Part shown: positions 1-10,285 of the stretch, one piece after another | Layout: each line of letters begins with the position of its first letter | How positions within the stretch are numbered: position 1 is the stretch's first letter | Notes under the pieces: model-generated | Database searches by the model: none | Seen by the model: only the letters and a program-made list of their open reading frames with translations | Told to the model about the DNA's origin: nothing | Made by a program: the position numbers and the translations under genes | NCBI GenBank assembly: GCA_038065475.1 | Contig: JBBTQY010000010.1 | Span: 3,531 to 67,530, forward strand | Direction: 5' to 3' | Length of the DNA stretch: 64,000 bases | Source of the DNA: Patescibacteria group bacterium | GTDB lineage: Bacteria > Patescibacteriota > Minisyncoccia > Ryanbacterales > GWA2-47-10b

Positions 1-111
1 CAGATGCGTATGATTGCAGGTTTTATCGATGAAGTATTGCGTGGTATTCATGGTGATAGAGTTGCCAGGCAAGTCGCGCGACTCGCAAAACAATTTCCCC
101 AGCAAAAATGA
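1..111 (+). CDS. 3' end of upstream gene, probable serine hydroxymethyltransferase C-terminus (partial)
   Basis: Open frame from the window edge ends ...IAGFIDEVLRG...QQK* at 109-111. The glyA-folD pairing is common and the C-terminal motif resembles SHMT. Only 36 codons are visible. Confidence 0.4.
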   Translation, partial: QMRMIAGFIDEVLRGIHGDRVARQVARLAKQFPQQK

Positions 112-929
112 TTTTTCTTGAGGCACAACCAGTCGTAGAAAAGATGAAAAGCGAGCTTGCCACTCGAGTTTCTGGCATGCAGCAAAAACCCCGTTTGGCG
201 ATTGTGATGGTGGGTGAGTCAGCACCTTCCAAAAAATTTGTTGAGCTCAAAGAAGCGTTTGCCAAGAGTATTGGTGTCGAGACGCAACGATATGAATTGC
301 CCGAAGACATCTCGACAAACAGTTTTCGTGAACGAATGCGCGACATTGTACATGAATCGCGCAATACGGGCGTGATTGTACAATTACCCCTTCCGCCGCA
401 GATTGATGCGCAGGCGATTCTCAATGCGATTGTGCCTGAAAAAGACGTTGATGTGCTCTCAGCGCGCGCAGTGGGCAATATGGCCGTTGGTAAGTCACGT
501 ATCATGCCTCCGGTTGCAGGAGCAGTCAAATTACTTTTTGAACACTACGGCATTGATATGGTCGGCAAAAAGATGACGGTAGTAGGTGCGGGGCGTCTGG
601 TAGGTCAGCCGGTGGCTATGTGGGCGATGCATGCAGGTGCTATTGTCACCGTGCTTCATGGCGCCGATCAGGTAAATCAAGAAATGCTCAAAGACGCCGA
701 TATCATCGTTTTAGGTCTCGGCAAGCCGCGTATCATTACGGGCGACATGGTTAAGGATGGTGTCGTGGTTGTCGATGTGGGCACATCAGAGGATGGTGGG
801 GTATTGGTGGGGGATGTCGATCAAGAGTCGGTTTCAAAAAAAGCATTATACATGACGCCCGCAAAAGGAGGCGTGGGGCCGCTCACGGTTGCGCTCGTAT
901 TTCAAAATTTAATTACACTTGCAGGATAA
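108..929 (+). CDS. folD: bifunctional methylenetetrahydrofolate dehydrogenase/cyclohydrolase
   Basis: 273 aa; full-length FolD-like with conserved PRLAIVMVGE...VIVQLPLP region and Rossmann GAGRLVGQP. Confidence 0.9.
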   Translation: MIFLEAQPVVEKMKSELATRVSGMQQKPRLAIVMVGESAPSKKFVELKEAFAKSIGVETQRYELPEDISTNSFRERMRDIVHESRNTGVIVQLPLPPQIDAQAILNAIVPEKDVDVLSARAVGNMAVGKSRIMPPVAGAVKLLFEHYGIDMVGKKMTVVGAGRLVGQPVAMWAMHAGAIVTVLHGADQVNQEMLKDADIIVLGLGKPRIITGDMVKDGVVVVDVGTSEDGGVLVGDVDQESVSKKALYMTPAKGGVGPLTVALVFQNLITLAG

Positions 930-934
930 AAAAA

Positions 935-954
935 GAGGAGGCTTGTACCTCCTC
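935..954 (-). terminator. hairpin gaggagg/cctcctc with an A-run upstream (T-run on the minus strand); convergent terminator between folD and the small minus-strand gene
   Basis: Perfect 7-bp stem seen in sequence; overlaps the stop codon of the 953..1159 gene. Confidence 0.5.
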
Positions 955-1159
955 AGGTCTTCCGATCCTCTACCGGCTCGAGTTCGTCTGCGAACAGCGC
1001 GAGTCGTTTGCCTGAGTCAAGCCTTCCTGTGATGAGAGTGCGTCCCACGTTCGTTTGCACCTGGGTCACAAAAACTTCTGTAGTACGTTCGTAGGTCGTC
1101 TCACCACATCGCACGGGCTTCGTCAGGCGATAGCGCTTGCTAGCCTCCACATCACCCAT
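953..1159 (-). CDS. small hypothetical protein (68 aa)
   Basis: Strong RBS (aggaaaggagt) precedes the ATG; a terminator lies just downstream; no family recognised. Confidence 0.4.
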   Translation of the reverse strand: MGDVEASKRYRLTKPVRCGETTYERTTEVFVTQVQTNVGRTLITGRLDSGKRLALFADELEPVEDRKT

Positions 1160-1235
1160 GGCTCTTACTCCTTTCCTCCCGTGATTGGGAGGGTTCTTCT
1201 TTTACCCTAGACCCGTTAGTTATGATGTGCAAGTG

Positions 1236-2081
1236 CTAGCGGTAGAGTTCTGCGGCAATGATTGCTGCGAGTACTATAAAGAATGCGATAGTTTTTTTCG
1301 GGTGATGGTGTTCTTTTAAAATAATAAGCGAGGCAAAGTATACGATGAGTGGTTGGAGCGAGAAGAGGAGTGTGGTATGTACGACGCCCAATTGTTGATA
1401 GCTCAGACCAAAAAGAATCCACCCGCCAACACTCAAGATACTCGAGAGTACTAAGAGCCCCAAAAGCTTCGGGGTTATTTTTTTAAATTCTTTTTGATAG
1501 AGATACATCGCGAAAAAGGTAATAACCGCATCTTGAATAAGAAAAAGTGCTACCGGGTGCCAGATGGCAAGCAATACCTTGGCGATAGCAGCTGATGCGG
1601 GCGCGGTAACTATACCCCACAAAAGAAATGGAAGTGTGCGCCGCCGTATGGCGAGGTGCCCGTTATGCCAATGTGACCAGATGATAGCGATAGATGCGGC
1701 AAGACCCGCTATAAAAAGAGTAAGATTGCGCTCATCGGCAAATAAAATACTAGAAACGACAATAACCGGTATACTACGAAAAAGATCGATAACTTCGATG
1801 CCGGAAAGTTCATCGGCATCAAGCGCGCGATAATAAAAAATATTGGTGGCGAGTGATATGCCAATCCCAAGGGCGATGAGCCCAAGGTGATAAATATCGG
1901 TTGAGGGGAAAAGGGGTGGGCGGAAAATAAAAAATGCACCCAACATCATGAGCCAATAAATAGGAAAGCCTATGCCAATGTGCGTACGAAAACTAATACG
2001 CCGCATGGAAAGAATTGTCTTATCAATAACAAATGACGTGCCTTGCGAGACGCTTCCGACGAGAGGAAAGAGAAAATGCAT
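1236..2081 (-). CDS. polytopic membrane protein, EamA/DMT-like transporter (tentative)
   Basis: 281 aa with about 10 hydrophobic helices and a two-half duplicated architecture typical of DMT permeases. Confidence 0.5.
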   Translation of the reverse strand: MHFLFPLVGSVSQGTSFVIDKTILSMRRISFRTHIGIGFPIYWLMMLGAFFIFRPPLFPSTDIYHLGLIALGIGISLATNIFYYRALDADELSGIEVIDLFRSIPVIVVSSILFADERNLTLFIAGLAASIAIIWSHWHNGHLAIRRRTLPFLLWGIVTAPASAAIAKVLLAIWHPVALFLIQDAVITFFAMYLYQKEFKKITPKLLGLLVLSSILSVGGWILFGLSYQQLGVVHTTLLFSLQPLIVYFASLIILKEHHHPKKTIAFFIVLAAIIAAELYR

Positions 2082-2241
2082 TCTTTTATTATACTACGCA
2101 GAGTTTGGATTATTGAAATTTTAACGATTTTCAGTCTCAACAGCAGATTCTTTGTTCTTTGAAATTATTAAAAAAGAAGAAACCCGCCAGAGGTCCGAAG
2201 ACGTGGCGGGGAGCAGTTGGTCTGCTCAGTCCTTGTTGCGG

Positions 2242-2715
2242 TTAGGCGGTAGTTTCCGCCTCGGTCTCGGCAGGAGCCGGCGGGGGCGAGAAGCGGGCGT
2301 CGTCCCAGTTCTCCTCGGGCGCGAGCTTGCTCTGCCGCACGAGCGTGTAGATGGTCTTCAGCTTCTCCATGTTCGGAGCGGCGACACTGATTATCTGCCA
2401 CTCCTCGCGCTCGATGTGGTCAGCCATCATCTCCGAGTGCACCTTGCTTCTGGTCTTCACCATCAGGGTCGCACCCTCGTGGCGATAGATGCCCTCGACG
2501 CGGAATCCCCGGTGGATTTCGTCCTTGAGTGTCACCCTCTCGATGAGCTCCTCGGGGAAGTTCACGTCCGATACGGGGTCGAGAACGTCCTCGTAGACGG
2601 TGACGTACTTCTTGCCGGAGTCGCGGTGGGTTTCCACTCGGACATCTCCTAGAAGCCCCTGCTCCTTGAGAGTCGCTAGCTGTTCTTCTACGCCCTTTTT
2701 CAACCAGATGTACAT
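2242..2715 (-). CDS. hypothetical protein in GC-rich island 1
   Basis: Local GC is about 63% versus about 50% in the flanks. An RBS (aggaaagggg) sits before the ATG (MYIWLKKG...). The C-terminus is acidic and Pro/Ala-rich. Confidence 0.5.
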   Translation of the reverse strand: MYIWLKKGVEEQLATLKEQGLLGDVRVETHRDSGKKYVTVYEDVLDPVSDVNFPEELIERVTLKDEIHRGFRVEGIYRHEGATLMVKTRSKVHSEMMADHIEREEWQIISVAAPNMEKLKTIYTLVRQSKLAPEENWDDARFSPPPAPAETEAETTA

Positions 2716-3004
2716 TGTCAAACCCCTTTCCTGTTTCCGCTACGGATTCCGTGTCGGGGTTGTCCCCAGCTCCGTTCCATAATACGGTGCATTAAATATA
2801 GCATAGTTTATTATAAAAGTCAAGGTCAACAAAAAAACCAGCATTTCTGCTGTTTCTGCGAGCTAAATCTTATGAATCCAATGATTATTTTTTTCTTTTC
2901 TTAAAATGCGAAACTACCAATTCGTTTTTGCCCCCAAAATTGAATACAAATTAGTCGCCGAGCGAAGCGAGGCGGTCATCTCAAACTTGCAATTTCCAAT
3001 CGGG

Positions 3005-3088
3005 TGCCGCGGGTGGGAGTCGAACCCACACGCCCGTAAGGACACACGATTTTGAGTCGTGCGCGTATGCCAATTCCGCCACCGCGGC
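3005..3088 (-). tRNA. tRNA-Leu (anticodon CAA)
   Basis: Hand-folded cloverleaf: acceptor GCCGCGG/CCGCGGC, anticodon loop CUCAAAA, long variable arm, T-arm GTGGGTTCGACTCCCAC; CCA not encoded. Confidence 0.85.
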
Positions 3089-3145
3089 ATGCGGATATCC
3101 TAGCATCCCGTTGTCATTTTTCCAATATTTCTCTATCCTGAATGC

Positions 3146-4036
3146 ATGCCCGATGAATTGAAAGAAAAAGAAAGTGTCTTCTGGATACCGACCGAGAAGA
3201 TAAAACCCAATCCCTATCAGCCTCGTACTGAATTCGACGAGGTGGCCCTCAAGGGGCTCGCTGAATCTATTCGGCAGTATGGTATTTTGCAGCCGCTTGT
3301 AGTTTCGCGCATTGAGCGCGAAAGTGAGACCGGTACACAGATTACCTACGAGCTGGTAGCGGGCGAGCGTCGCTTTCGTGCATCGCAGATGATAGGTTTG
3401 CGCGAAGTTCCTGTCACTATTCGCCGCGAAGAACCAGCAAAAATTCGTCTCGAATTGGCACTTGTTGAAAACGTGCAACGCCAGGATCTCAATGCGATTG
3501 AACGCGCCATTGCCTACAAACGCCTCATCGACGAGTTTGCAATGACGCAACCTGAGATTGCAGGACGCGTAGGCAAGTCACGCGAATCGATTGCTAATAC
3601 TATTCGTATTTTGATGCTACCCCAAGACATGCAGGAAGCAGTGCGCGAGGGGAAAATATCCGAAGGCCATACGCGCCCCTTGCTCATGTTATCTACGAGA
3701 CCCGAGGAACAAAAAGAGCTTTTTCTTGATATCCTTGATCACCATCTCTCGGTGCGTGAAGCAGAACGTATCTCGCGCCGCATTGCCCGCGAGCGCGCAC
3801 GCAAAGTAGAAGATTTGCCGAGTGCGGAGACTCGCGCGGTTGAAGAGCGTCTTGGTAACGTACTTGGTACGCGTGTTGAGATTCACAAAGAAGCAGGTGG
3901 CAAAGGCAAAATTTCAATTGAATTTTTCTCAGACGAAGAACTCTACGGCATCACCGCTAAATTGATGCGTGAGCGCGAAGAACGTCTCGAGAGTGAGCGT
4001 ATGGCGCAGGCGACCGAGGAACAGTTTACGGTATAA
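3146..4036 (+). CDS. parB: chromosome partitioning protein ParB/Spo0J
   Basis: ParB N-terminal motif LVAGERRFRAS and an HTH region. Confidence 0.9.
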   Translation: MPDELKEKESVFWIPTEKIKPNPYQPRTEFDEVALKGLAESIRQYGILQPLVVSRIERESETGTQITYELVAGERRFRASQMIGLREVPVTIRREEPAKIRLELALVENVQRQDLNAIERAIAYKRLIDEFAMTQPEIAGRVGKSRESIANTIRILMLPQDMQEAVREGKISEGHTRPLLMLSTRPEEQKELFLDILDHHLSVREAERISRRIARERARKVEDLPSAETRAVEERLGNVLGTRVEIHKEAGGKGKISIEFFSDEELYGITAKLMREREERLESERMAQATEEQFTV

Positions 4037-5741
4037 GCTCGACTTCTTTTACGCCTTTGATGCGTCGCAATCGCGCGATAAGTTTTTTGGTATCGCATGA
4101 CTTGGGTATACTACACTCGATTGTCATGATGGGATTCTTTGCATCCGCATCAGTCTTTTGCATATTTATTTTTTCGCGAGTTAACAGGGTAACAATTTCT
4201 TTGAGAAGACCCACGCGGCTCACGCGCGTAATTTTGAGCGTTGAGTACTTGATGGCACGCGCGTTTGATCGACGTATCGTTACCGGCTCAATGCCCATAC
4301 GGCGCAATGCAGCGCGGATATGCCCGCGAGCGACCGAAGAGCGTGCGATAGTGAGCCAGTCGGGATTTGGTTTTGCATTTTTTGCAGTGATGACTTCTGT
4401 GGTGTCGCCCGAGGCAAGCGCGTAGGTAAAAGGCACCATCTTGCCATTTACTTTTGCGCCCGTCATATGATCGCCGATCTCGGAGTGTACGTGATAGGCA
4501 AAATCAATAGGTGTCGCACCCTCAGGTAGATCGATAACCTCACCGCGGGGAGTGAGTACAAAAATACGGTCACGGAAAAAATCGATTTTTAACGCTTCGA
4601 CAAATTCTTCATTTGATGCGCCTTCGGCAAAGTCGCGTTGCCATTCTTGAAGTTTGTGGATCCACGCAATTTTTTCCTCTGCTACCTTTACGCCCGCTTT
4701 TGGTTTGCCACCCTCAACATATGCCCAATGGGCGGTGACACCAAACTCAGCCGCTTCGTGCATGGCGCGTGTGCGGATTTGAAATTCAGCCATGATATCA
4801 TCTTCGCAAAAAACAGTGGTATGAAGTGACTGGTAGCCGTTGGGCTTTGGCATCGAAATATAATCTTTGATGCGGCCGGGTACAGGGCGCCAAGCAGCAT
4901 GGATAATGCCGAGAGCCTGATAGCATTGCTCGACGGTGTCGACGATGATGCGAAGTGCGACGAGGTCAGTAATGCGTGAGATATCATTGTCATAGCGCTG
5001 GAGTTTTTTCCAAAGACTATAGTAGTGTTTCTCTCGAAAATTTACAGAAGCATGGGAAACGCCACCCGCGTGCAATTCACGCTCGACGAGAGGCGCTACA
5101 CGCGCGACATATTCGGTACGTGTAGGTAATATTTTTTTGACATCGGCGGCAAGTTTTTTTGCCTCCACTGGATAGATGATAGGAAAGGCAAGGTCTTCAA
5201 GTTCGCCTTTCATCTCACCCATGCCAAGGCGATAGGCAAGCGGCGCATAGATCTCAAGGGTTTCGGTAGCAATGCGTTTTTGTTTTTCAGGTGCCAATGC
5301 CCCGAGTGTATGCATGTTGTGAAGACGGTCAGCGAGTTTAATGATAACAACACGAATATCTTCGGCGACTGCCAAAAACATTTTGCGCATTGATTCGGCG
5401 GCTCGCTCAAATCCGCGATAACGCACGCGATCAAACTTTGTCAGGCTCTCTACCAAAAACGCTACTTCTGACCCAAGTTCACGCTCGACCTCTTCTTTGG
5501 TTAGCTCGGTATCTTCGAGTACATCATGTAGGAGCGCTGCTGCAATCGCGGGCGCATCGAGTTTGAGGGTGATGAGTTTTTCGGCGACGGCGATTGGATG
5601 CGTGATGTACGGATCGCCCGAGGCGCGCATTTGGCCTGCATGTGAACTTACTGAAAGATCAAATGCTTTTTTAATAAGAATCCGTTCGGTCTCCGAGAAG
5701 CGGATAAGTGAGTGTGCAAATTGATCCCACGTTTTATGCAT
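4026..5741 (-). CDS. rel: bifunctional (p)ppGpp synthetase/hydrolase Rel/SpoT
   Basis: HD domain (HDVLEDT), RelA/SpoT synthetase motif (YQSLHTTV), and TGS and ACT-like C-terminal regions. Confidence 0.9.
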   Translation of the reverse strand: MHKTWDQFAHSLIRFSETERILIKKAFDLSVSSHAGQMRASGDPYITHPIAVAEKLITLKLDAPAIAAALLHDVLEDTELTKEEVERELGSEVAFLVESLTKFDRVRYRGFERAAESMRKMFLAVAEDIRVVIIKLADRLHNMHTLGALAPEKQKRIATETLEIYAPLAYRLGMGEMKGELEDLAFPIIYPVEAKKLAADVKKILPTRTEYVARVAPLVERELHAGGVSHASVNFREKHYYSLWKKLQRYDNDISRITDLVALRIIVDTVEQCYQALGIIHAAWRPVPGRIKDYISMPKPNGYQSLHTTVFCEDDIMAEFQIRTRAMHEAAEFGVTAHWAYVEGGKPKAGVKVAEEKIAWIHKLQEWQRDFAEGASNEEFVEALKIDFFRDRIFVLTPRGEVIDLPEGATPIDFAYHVHSEIGDHMTGAKVNGKMVPFTYALASGDTTEVITAKNAKPNPDWLTIARSSVARGHIRAALRRMGIEPVTIRRSNARAIKYSTLKITRVSRVGLLKEIVTLLTREKINMQKTDADAKNPIMTIECSIPKSCDTKKLIARLRRIKGVKEVELIP

Positions 5742-5744
5742 ATA

Positions 5745-7817
5745 TTATTCGTCGTCTTGGTCCTGATCTTTATCATCTTCTTTCTTCGGCTCTTCGCCTT
5801 CAGCATCAGGATTGCCGGGACGTTTCCATGTGGCGTATTTGCAGGTCGGGTAACGTGAGCAGCCGTAGAAAAGGCGGCGTTGGCGCGTTTTGCGTTCTAC
5901 CAAATCACCCTCATTGCACTCGGGGCATTTTACGCCAATAGATTTTGGCGGAAGAGTCTTGGTGGTTTTACAATCAGGAAAACCCGAGCACGCGATAAAT
6001 CTGCCAAAGCGACCATGGCGGATGATCATGGGCTTGCCACAGTTTGGGCAGTCCTCGCCCGCGGGCTCGGTCATCTCGCGTTTCTCTACCGTTTCATATT
6101 TTTCTTCCAAGTGCTTTGCAAACGGTTCATAAAATTTCTTGATGATCGGCATCCATTCTTTCTCACCTTCGGCGATTTGGTCGAGCTCTTCTTCCATGCC
6201 GGCAGTAAAGGTAAGATCAACTACTTCCGGGAAGTGCTCTACAATCAAATCGTTGACGATGAGGCCAACTTCTGAGGGTTGAAAGCGGCGTTGAGGATCT
6301 CGCACCACATAACCGCGTTCGATGATCGTTGAGATGGTTGGCGCATAGGTTGATGGTCTGCCAATGCCATTTTTTTCAAGCACTTTTACGAGCGTCGCAT
6401 CAGAGTATCTGGCGGGAGGTTCGGTAAAGTGTTGCAGTGGATCGATAGATTCGAGCGAGACGATTTGGTTTTCTTTTACGTCGGGCAGCTCGAGCTCTTC
6501 AGATTTTGTTTTCCATACTTTCAAAAAACCATCAAAAGAAATGATCTGGCCTGAAGTCCGAAATTTGGTACCCGATTCTTTTTTGTCGGCGACGATGATC
6601 GTCGAGACATCAAAGATAGCGTTGGGCATTTGTGAGGCGACAAACCGCCGCCAGATAAGCTCATAGAGTTTAGCTTGCTTGGGATCGAGGTGGGGCGCTA
6701 CTGATTCGGGTGTGCGCCATACATCAGATGGGCGGATTGCCTCGTGCGCTTCCTGTGCACCTTTTGATTTTGTTTTATACACACGTGGCGTTTCCATGGC
6801 GTACTCGGTACCCAATTCTCTGGTTAAATATTCACGCGCTGCCGTCTGCGACGATACCGAAAGATTGGTCGAGTCGGTACGCATGTAGGTGATGAGACCT
6901 ACCGAGCCTTCGGCGAGCTCAATACCTTCGTAGAGTTGTTGGGCGAGCATCATGGTTTGCTTTGCACTAAAACGCAGGCGGCGTGAAGCTTCCTGCTGGA
7001 GTGTACTCGTAGTAAAGGGGGCTGTGGGCGCTCGTGATGATCGCTTTTTCTCGACTGATTCGATGAGCCATTCACGGTCAGCGAGTTTTTTCTCAATAGT
7101 TTTCGCAGCATCTTCTGACGATATATCAAATTTTTCAAGAGACTTACCTTCAAGAGAAACTAGCTCTGCGCTAAATTGTTCACGTGAAGGTGTTAAAAAT
7201 GATCCACCGATTGTCCAATATTCTTGTTTTTGGAATGCTTCGCGCTCGCGTTCGCGTTCAACAATCAGGCGCAATGCTACCGATTGTACACGGCCAGCTG
7301 ACAAGCCGCGCATGACTTTTTTCCATAAAAAAGGCGAGAGCTTATAGCCCACGAGGCGGTCAAGGATGCGACGTGCCTGTTGTGCGTCAACCAAATGAAG
7401 ATCGAGCGGACGCGGGTGCAAGAGCGCTTCTTCGATAGCGGTTTTGGTGATTTCATGAAATACGATGCGTTCGGGTGTTTCGATATTGAGGGCGGCAGCT
7501 AGGTGCCAGGCGATTGCTTCTCCTTCACGGTCCTCGTCAGTCGCAAGGATAATGCGGCTCGCTTTTTTTGCCGCGGCCTTCAAAGTTTTTACCGCGGGAC
7601 TTTTTTTGCGAGGGATAATGTATTTGGGCGCAAAGTCTTCTTCGACATTGATACCGAGGCTGGAGCTTGGCAGGTCGCGGATATGACCAAAGCTTGATTC
7701 AACGATATAGGCAGAGCTCAAAAAACGCGAAATAGTTTTCGCTTTGGTGGGTGACTCGACGATGACGAGTGTCTTTAATTTTTTTGCTCTCGGTTTTGAT
7801 TTTGTTTTTGTGGCCAT
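5745..7817 (-). CDS. topA: DNA topoisomerase I
   Basis: TOPRIM N-terminus (LVIVESPTKAKTI), Tyr active-site region, two C-terminal C4 zinc ribbons and an acidic/lysine tail. Confidence 0.92.
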   Translation of the reverse strand: MATKTKSKPRAKKLKTLVIVESPTKAKTISRFLSSAYIVESSFGHIRDLPSSSLGINVEEDFAPKYIIPRKKSPAVKTLKAAAKKASRIILATDEDREGEAIAWHLAAALNIETPERIVFHEITKTAIEEALLHPRPLDLHLVDAQQARRILDRLVGYKLSPFLWKKVMRGLSAGRVQSVALRLIVEREREREAFQKQEYWTIGGSFLTPSREQFSAELVSLEGKSLEKFDISSEDAAKTIEKKLADREWLIESVEKKRSSRAPTAPFTTSTLQQEASRRLRFSAKQTMMLAQQLYEGIELAEGSVGLITYMRTDSTNLSVSSQTAAREYLTRELGTEYAMETPRVYKTKSKGAQEAHEAIRPSDVWRTPESVAPHLDPKQAKLYELIWRRFVASQMPNAIFDVSTIIVADKKESGTKFRTSGQIISFDGFLKVWKTKSEELELPDVKENQIVSLESIDPLQHFTEPPARYSDATLVKVLEKNGIGRPSTYAPTISTIIERGYVVRDPQRRFQPSEVGLIVNDLIVEHFPEVVDLTFTAGMEEELDQIAEGEKEWMPIIKKFYEPFAKHLEEKYETVEKREMTEPAGEDCPNCGKPMIIRHGRFGRFIACSGFPDCKTTKTLPPKSIGVKCPECNEGDLVERKTRQRRLFYGCSRYPTCKYATWKRPGNPDAEGEEPKKEDDKDQDQDDE

Positions 7818-7821
7818 ATGG

Positions 7822-8730
7822 TTATAGCAATTTTCTCCAAATGCCTCCTGTTTGTTTAATCATACCTTCAATCTCGAGTGATGTGGTACTGGCGAGTACC
7901 GCGCCTGGTGTTAGTTGGGTATGTTTGATAATTTCATCGGTTGAGAGCTCTTCGGTGAGCGCCTCGAGTATTGCATGTTCGTCAGGTGAGCGTTCGATAC
8001 GATCTTTGCTCGAGGTGGATTCTGCGGCGATACCAAGTGCCTCAAAGATATCATCAATACTGGTGATTGGTGTCGCCCCTTCTTTTAAAAGAGTGTTGGT
8101 ACCGCGCGAGAGGGGGCTTGTCATCTGCCCTGGCAGGGCGAGCACATCACGCCCGTATTCAAGGGCGAAGCGCGCGGTGATAAGTGCGCCAGATTTCTCG
8201 CCAGCCTCGGTCACAATGACAGCTTTCGCGATGCCCGCAATAATACGATTTCTTTGGGGAAATGTCCAGAGCTCGGGTTTTTGGTCATTGGCGTATTCGG
8301 ATATGACTGCGCCATTTTTCTCGGCAATCTCACGCGAAAGACCAATATTATCTTTGGGATAAATTACCTTTTCAGAAAGCCCGGAGCCAAGTACCGCGAC
8401 GGTTGGTGTGCCTGCCGCAAGTGCTGCACGATGCACGATAGTATCAACGCCGCGCGCCATGCCTGATGCGATGATGATGCCTCGGCGTGCGAGTGCTCGC
8501 GCGATCTCTTCGGTCATATCTTTGCCGTAGCGGGTAGGGTTGCGGCTGCCCACAATTGCCACAATGAGCGCGTCAGGCGAGGGAAGCGAGCCCTTGATAT
8601 GGAGTGCCGCAGGTATTGCCTTGGGCGGCAACTCTCGGAGGAGTAGAGGCCAGCTTTGGTGCGAGGCAGAAATACTATATATAGAAGGCTCCATAGTTTC
8701 GAGAGTACGTGAGGCATGAGGCGTCGTCAA
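7822..8730 (-). CDS. dprA: DNA processing protein A (DprA/Smf), competence-associated
   Basis: Rossmann-like DprA core (VGSRNPTRYG...ASGMARGVDT...GTNTLL) and a C-terminal winged-helix-like tail. Confidence 0.85.
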   Translation of the reverse strand: MTTPHASRTLETMEPSIYSISASHQSWPLLLRELPPKAIPAALHIKGSLPSPDALIVAIVGSRNPTRYGKDMTEEIARALARRGIIIASGMARGVDTIVHRAALAAGTPTVAVLGSGLSEKVIYPKDNIGLSREIAEKNGAVISEYANDQKPELWTFPQRNRIIAGIAKAVIVTEAGEKSGALITARFALEYGRDVLALPGQMTSPLSRGTNTLLKEGATPITSIDDIFEALGIAAESTSSKDRIERSPDEHAILEALTEELSTDEIIKHTQLTPGAVLASTTSLEIEGMIKQTGGIWRKLL

Positions 8731-8791
8731 AAAAACTGTGCAAAAGATAGCCTTTATGGTCTAGCATAGTATTTCATGATAGGTTGGTCGT

Positions 8792-10210
8792 ATGCTTTCT
8801 GAGGAGGCGTATCAGCGTGAACAAGACTTGCTTGATGAGGTGCGACAAAAGTCTCCCGAGCTTTTTGCTCGATCACCATTTATTGATGATGATCGAGTAT
8901 TCCAAATAATTGGCATCGAGGGTGTATTTCCCACTGATCGTCCAGTCGGGTATCTGCGGTTATTTCCATCCGATTTTATCGTTGAAGAAATCGCAGAAAA
9001 CGGTAAGGTGCGCACAGTGGAGCTTGCGACGAACAAGCAAATTTCCGGTACCGGACCCAACATATATGCTGATTTAGTGAAGGCGGGGATGTCGACACTT
9101 GATGCAAAGCGCGCCCTTGCCCGTCATTGGAATATTGAAGAAAAATATATCCGCCATGCAGGTATCAAAGATCGTTTTGCGATCACCTCACAACGTATCA
9201 GTATTCGCCACGCAACCGACGAGCAAGTACTGGGCGCGTCATTCCCTGGGAAGCTTTTTTTAAAAAATATTTCTCGTGGGCACGGAATTATCACTATTGG
9301 AAAGTTACAAGGTAATCGTTTTACGATTGTGGTGCGTGTACCCCATGCGCTTTCGGATAACCAAGGGGAAGCGCTCGGTGCACGTGTAGCTCAGATCGGA
9401 CGCGAGGGGTTTTGGAATTTTTTCTATACTCAGCGATTTGGCACGCCGCGACTCATTACTCATTTGCAGGGGCTTTGTCTTTTTACACGACAATACGAAG
9501 AGGGGGTCAAGATGTGTCTGACATATCTTTCGCCGTATGATCTGCCGTATTTCAACGAGCTTCGTAAGCAAGCTCTTGGGCGTTGGGGTGATTGGGAGGC
9601 AATTTTTAAACTACTCAGTCCTTTTCCGATGCACTTTCCATCAGAACTCGCACTTCTCGCGCACTTGCGCAAACATCCTACCGATTTTGTGGGCGCGCTT
9701 CATGCGACATCAGAGGAGACACGCATTTGGGCGTATGCATATGCGAGCTATCTTTTTAATCGAAAACTTTCAGGTTTGATTCGAGATCACGCATCTATCC
9801 CCGAAGTCTTGCCACTCATCACATCATTTCGTGCTGAGGATTGGGATGAATATCGTGAGTTTACTCAGGCAGATGGCGTTGAGCTCGACCCTCGTGTTGC
9901 CGAAGAGTTGCCATTTGTTCGTGCTGAAGTCCCCACGTGGCCCACGCGACAGAAAGCTATCGTTCATTCATTTGCAGCAAACGGTGATCTTGCGGTACTT
10001 TCATTTTCGTTGCCAAAGGGTTCATATGCGACTTCATTTTTGAGTAACTTTTTTATCCTCGCCTCCGATATGCCGATTGTTCCCGGGGTTTCTACTATGA
10101 TTGTCGATGCCAAAAAGATGCTGGGTGAGGGGAATTTAGTGCGAGAGTTTGAATATTTTGATAGTGCTTTGGCTTCACGTAAAGAAGAGATAAAAAAAGG
10201 TTTCGCATAA
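8792..10210 (+). CDS. truD: tRNA pseudouridine synthase, TruD/Pus7 family
   Basis: Catalytic Asp motif HAGIKDRFAITSQ typical of TruD; 472 aa. Confidence 0.7.
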   Translation: MLSEEAYQREQDLLDEVRQKSPELFARSPFIDDDRVFQIIGIEGVFPTDRPVGYLRLFPSDFIVEEIAENGKVRTVELATNKQISGTGPNIYADLVKAGMSTLDAKRALARHWNIEEKYIRHAGIKDRFAITSQRISIRHATDEQVLGASFPGKLFLKNISRGHGIITIGKLQGNRFTIVVRVPHALSDNQGEALGARVAQIGREGFWNFFYTQRFGTPRLITHLQGLCLFTRQYEEGVKMCLTYLSPYDLPYFNELRKQALGRWGDWEAIFKLLSPFPMHFPSELALLAHLRKHPTDFVGALHATSEETRIWAYAYASYLFNRKLSGLIRDHASIPEVLPLITSFRAEDWDEYREFTQADGVELDPRVAEELPFVRAEVPTWPTRQKAIVHSFAANGDLAVLSFSLPKGSYATSFLSNFFILASDMPIVPGVSTMIVDAKKMLGEGNLVREFEYFDSALASRKEEIKKGFA

Positions 10211-10234
10211 AAATAAAAAAAAGACAAAAGGAAA

Positions 10235-10257
10235 GGCCGAGAGTTGAGCTCTCGGCC
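10235..10257. terminator. bidirectional intrinsic terminator (9-bp perfect stem ggccgagag/ctctcggcc)
   Basis: A-run upstream and a short T-run downstream; sits between convergent truD and the GC-rich gene. Confidence 0.6.
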
Positions 10258-10285
10258 TTTGCGCGTGTTCGCGCCCTTACGCCAC

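Noticed and set aside
23-529. 168-aa minus-strand ORF
   Set aside because: Antisense within folD.
2152-2652. 166-aa plus-strand ORF in island 1
   Set aside because: It is antisense to the better-supported minus-strand gene, which has an RBS. It is a typical GC-rich shadow ORF.
2981-3550. 189-aa minus-strand ORF
   Set aside because: It overlaps tRNA-Leu and the parB start, and its translation has no recognisable features.
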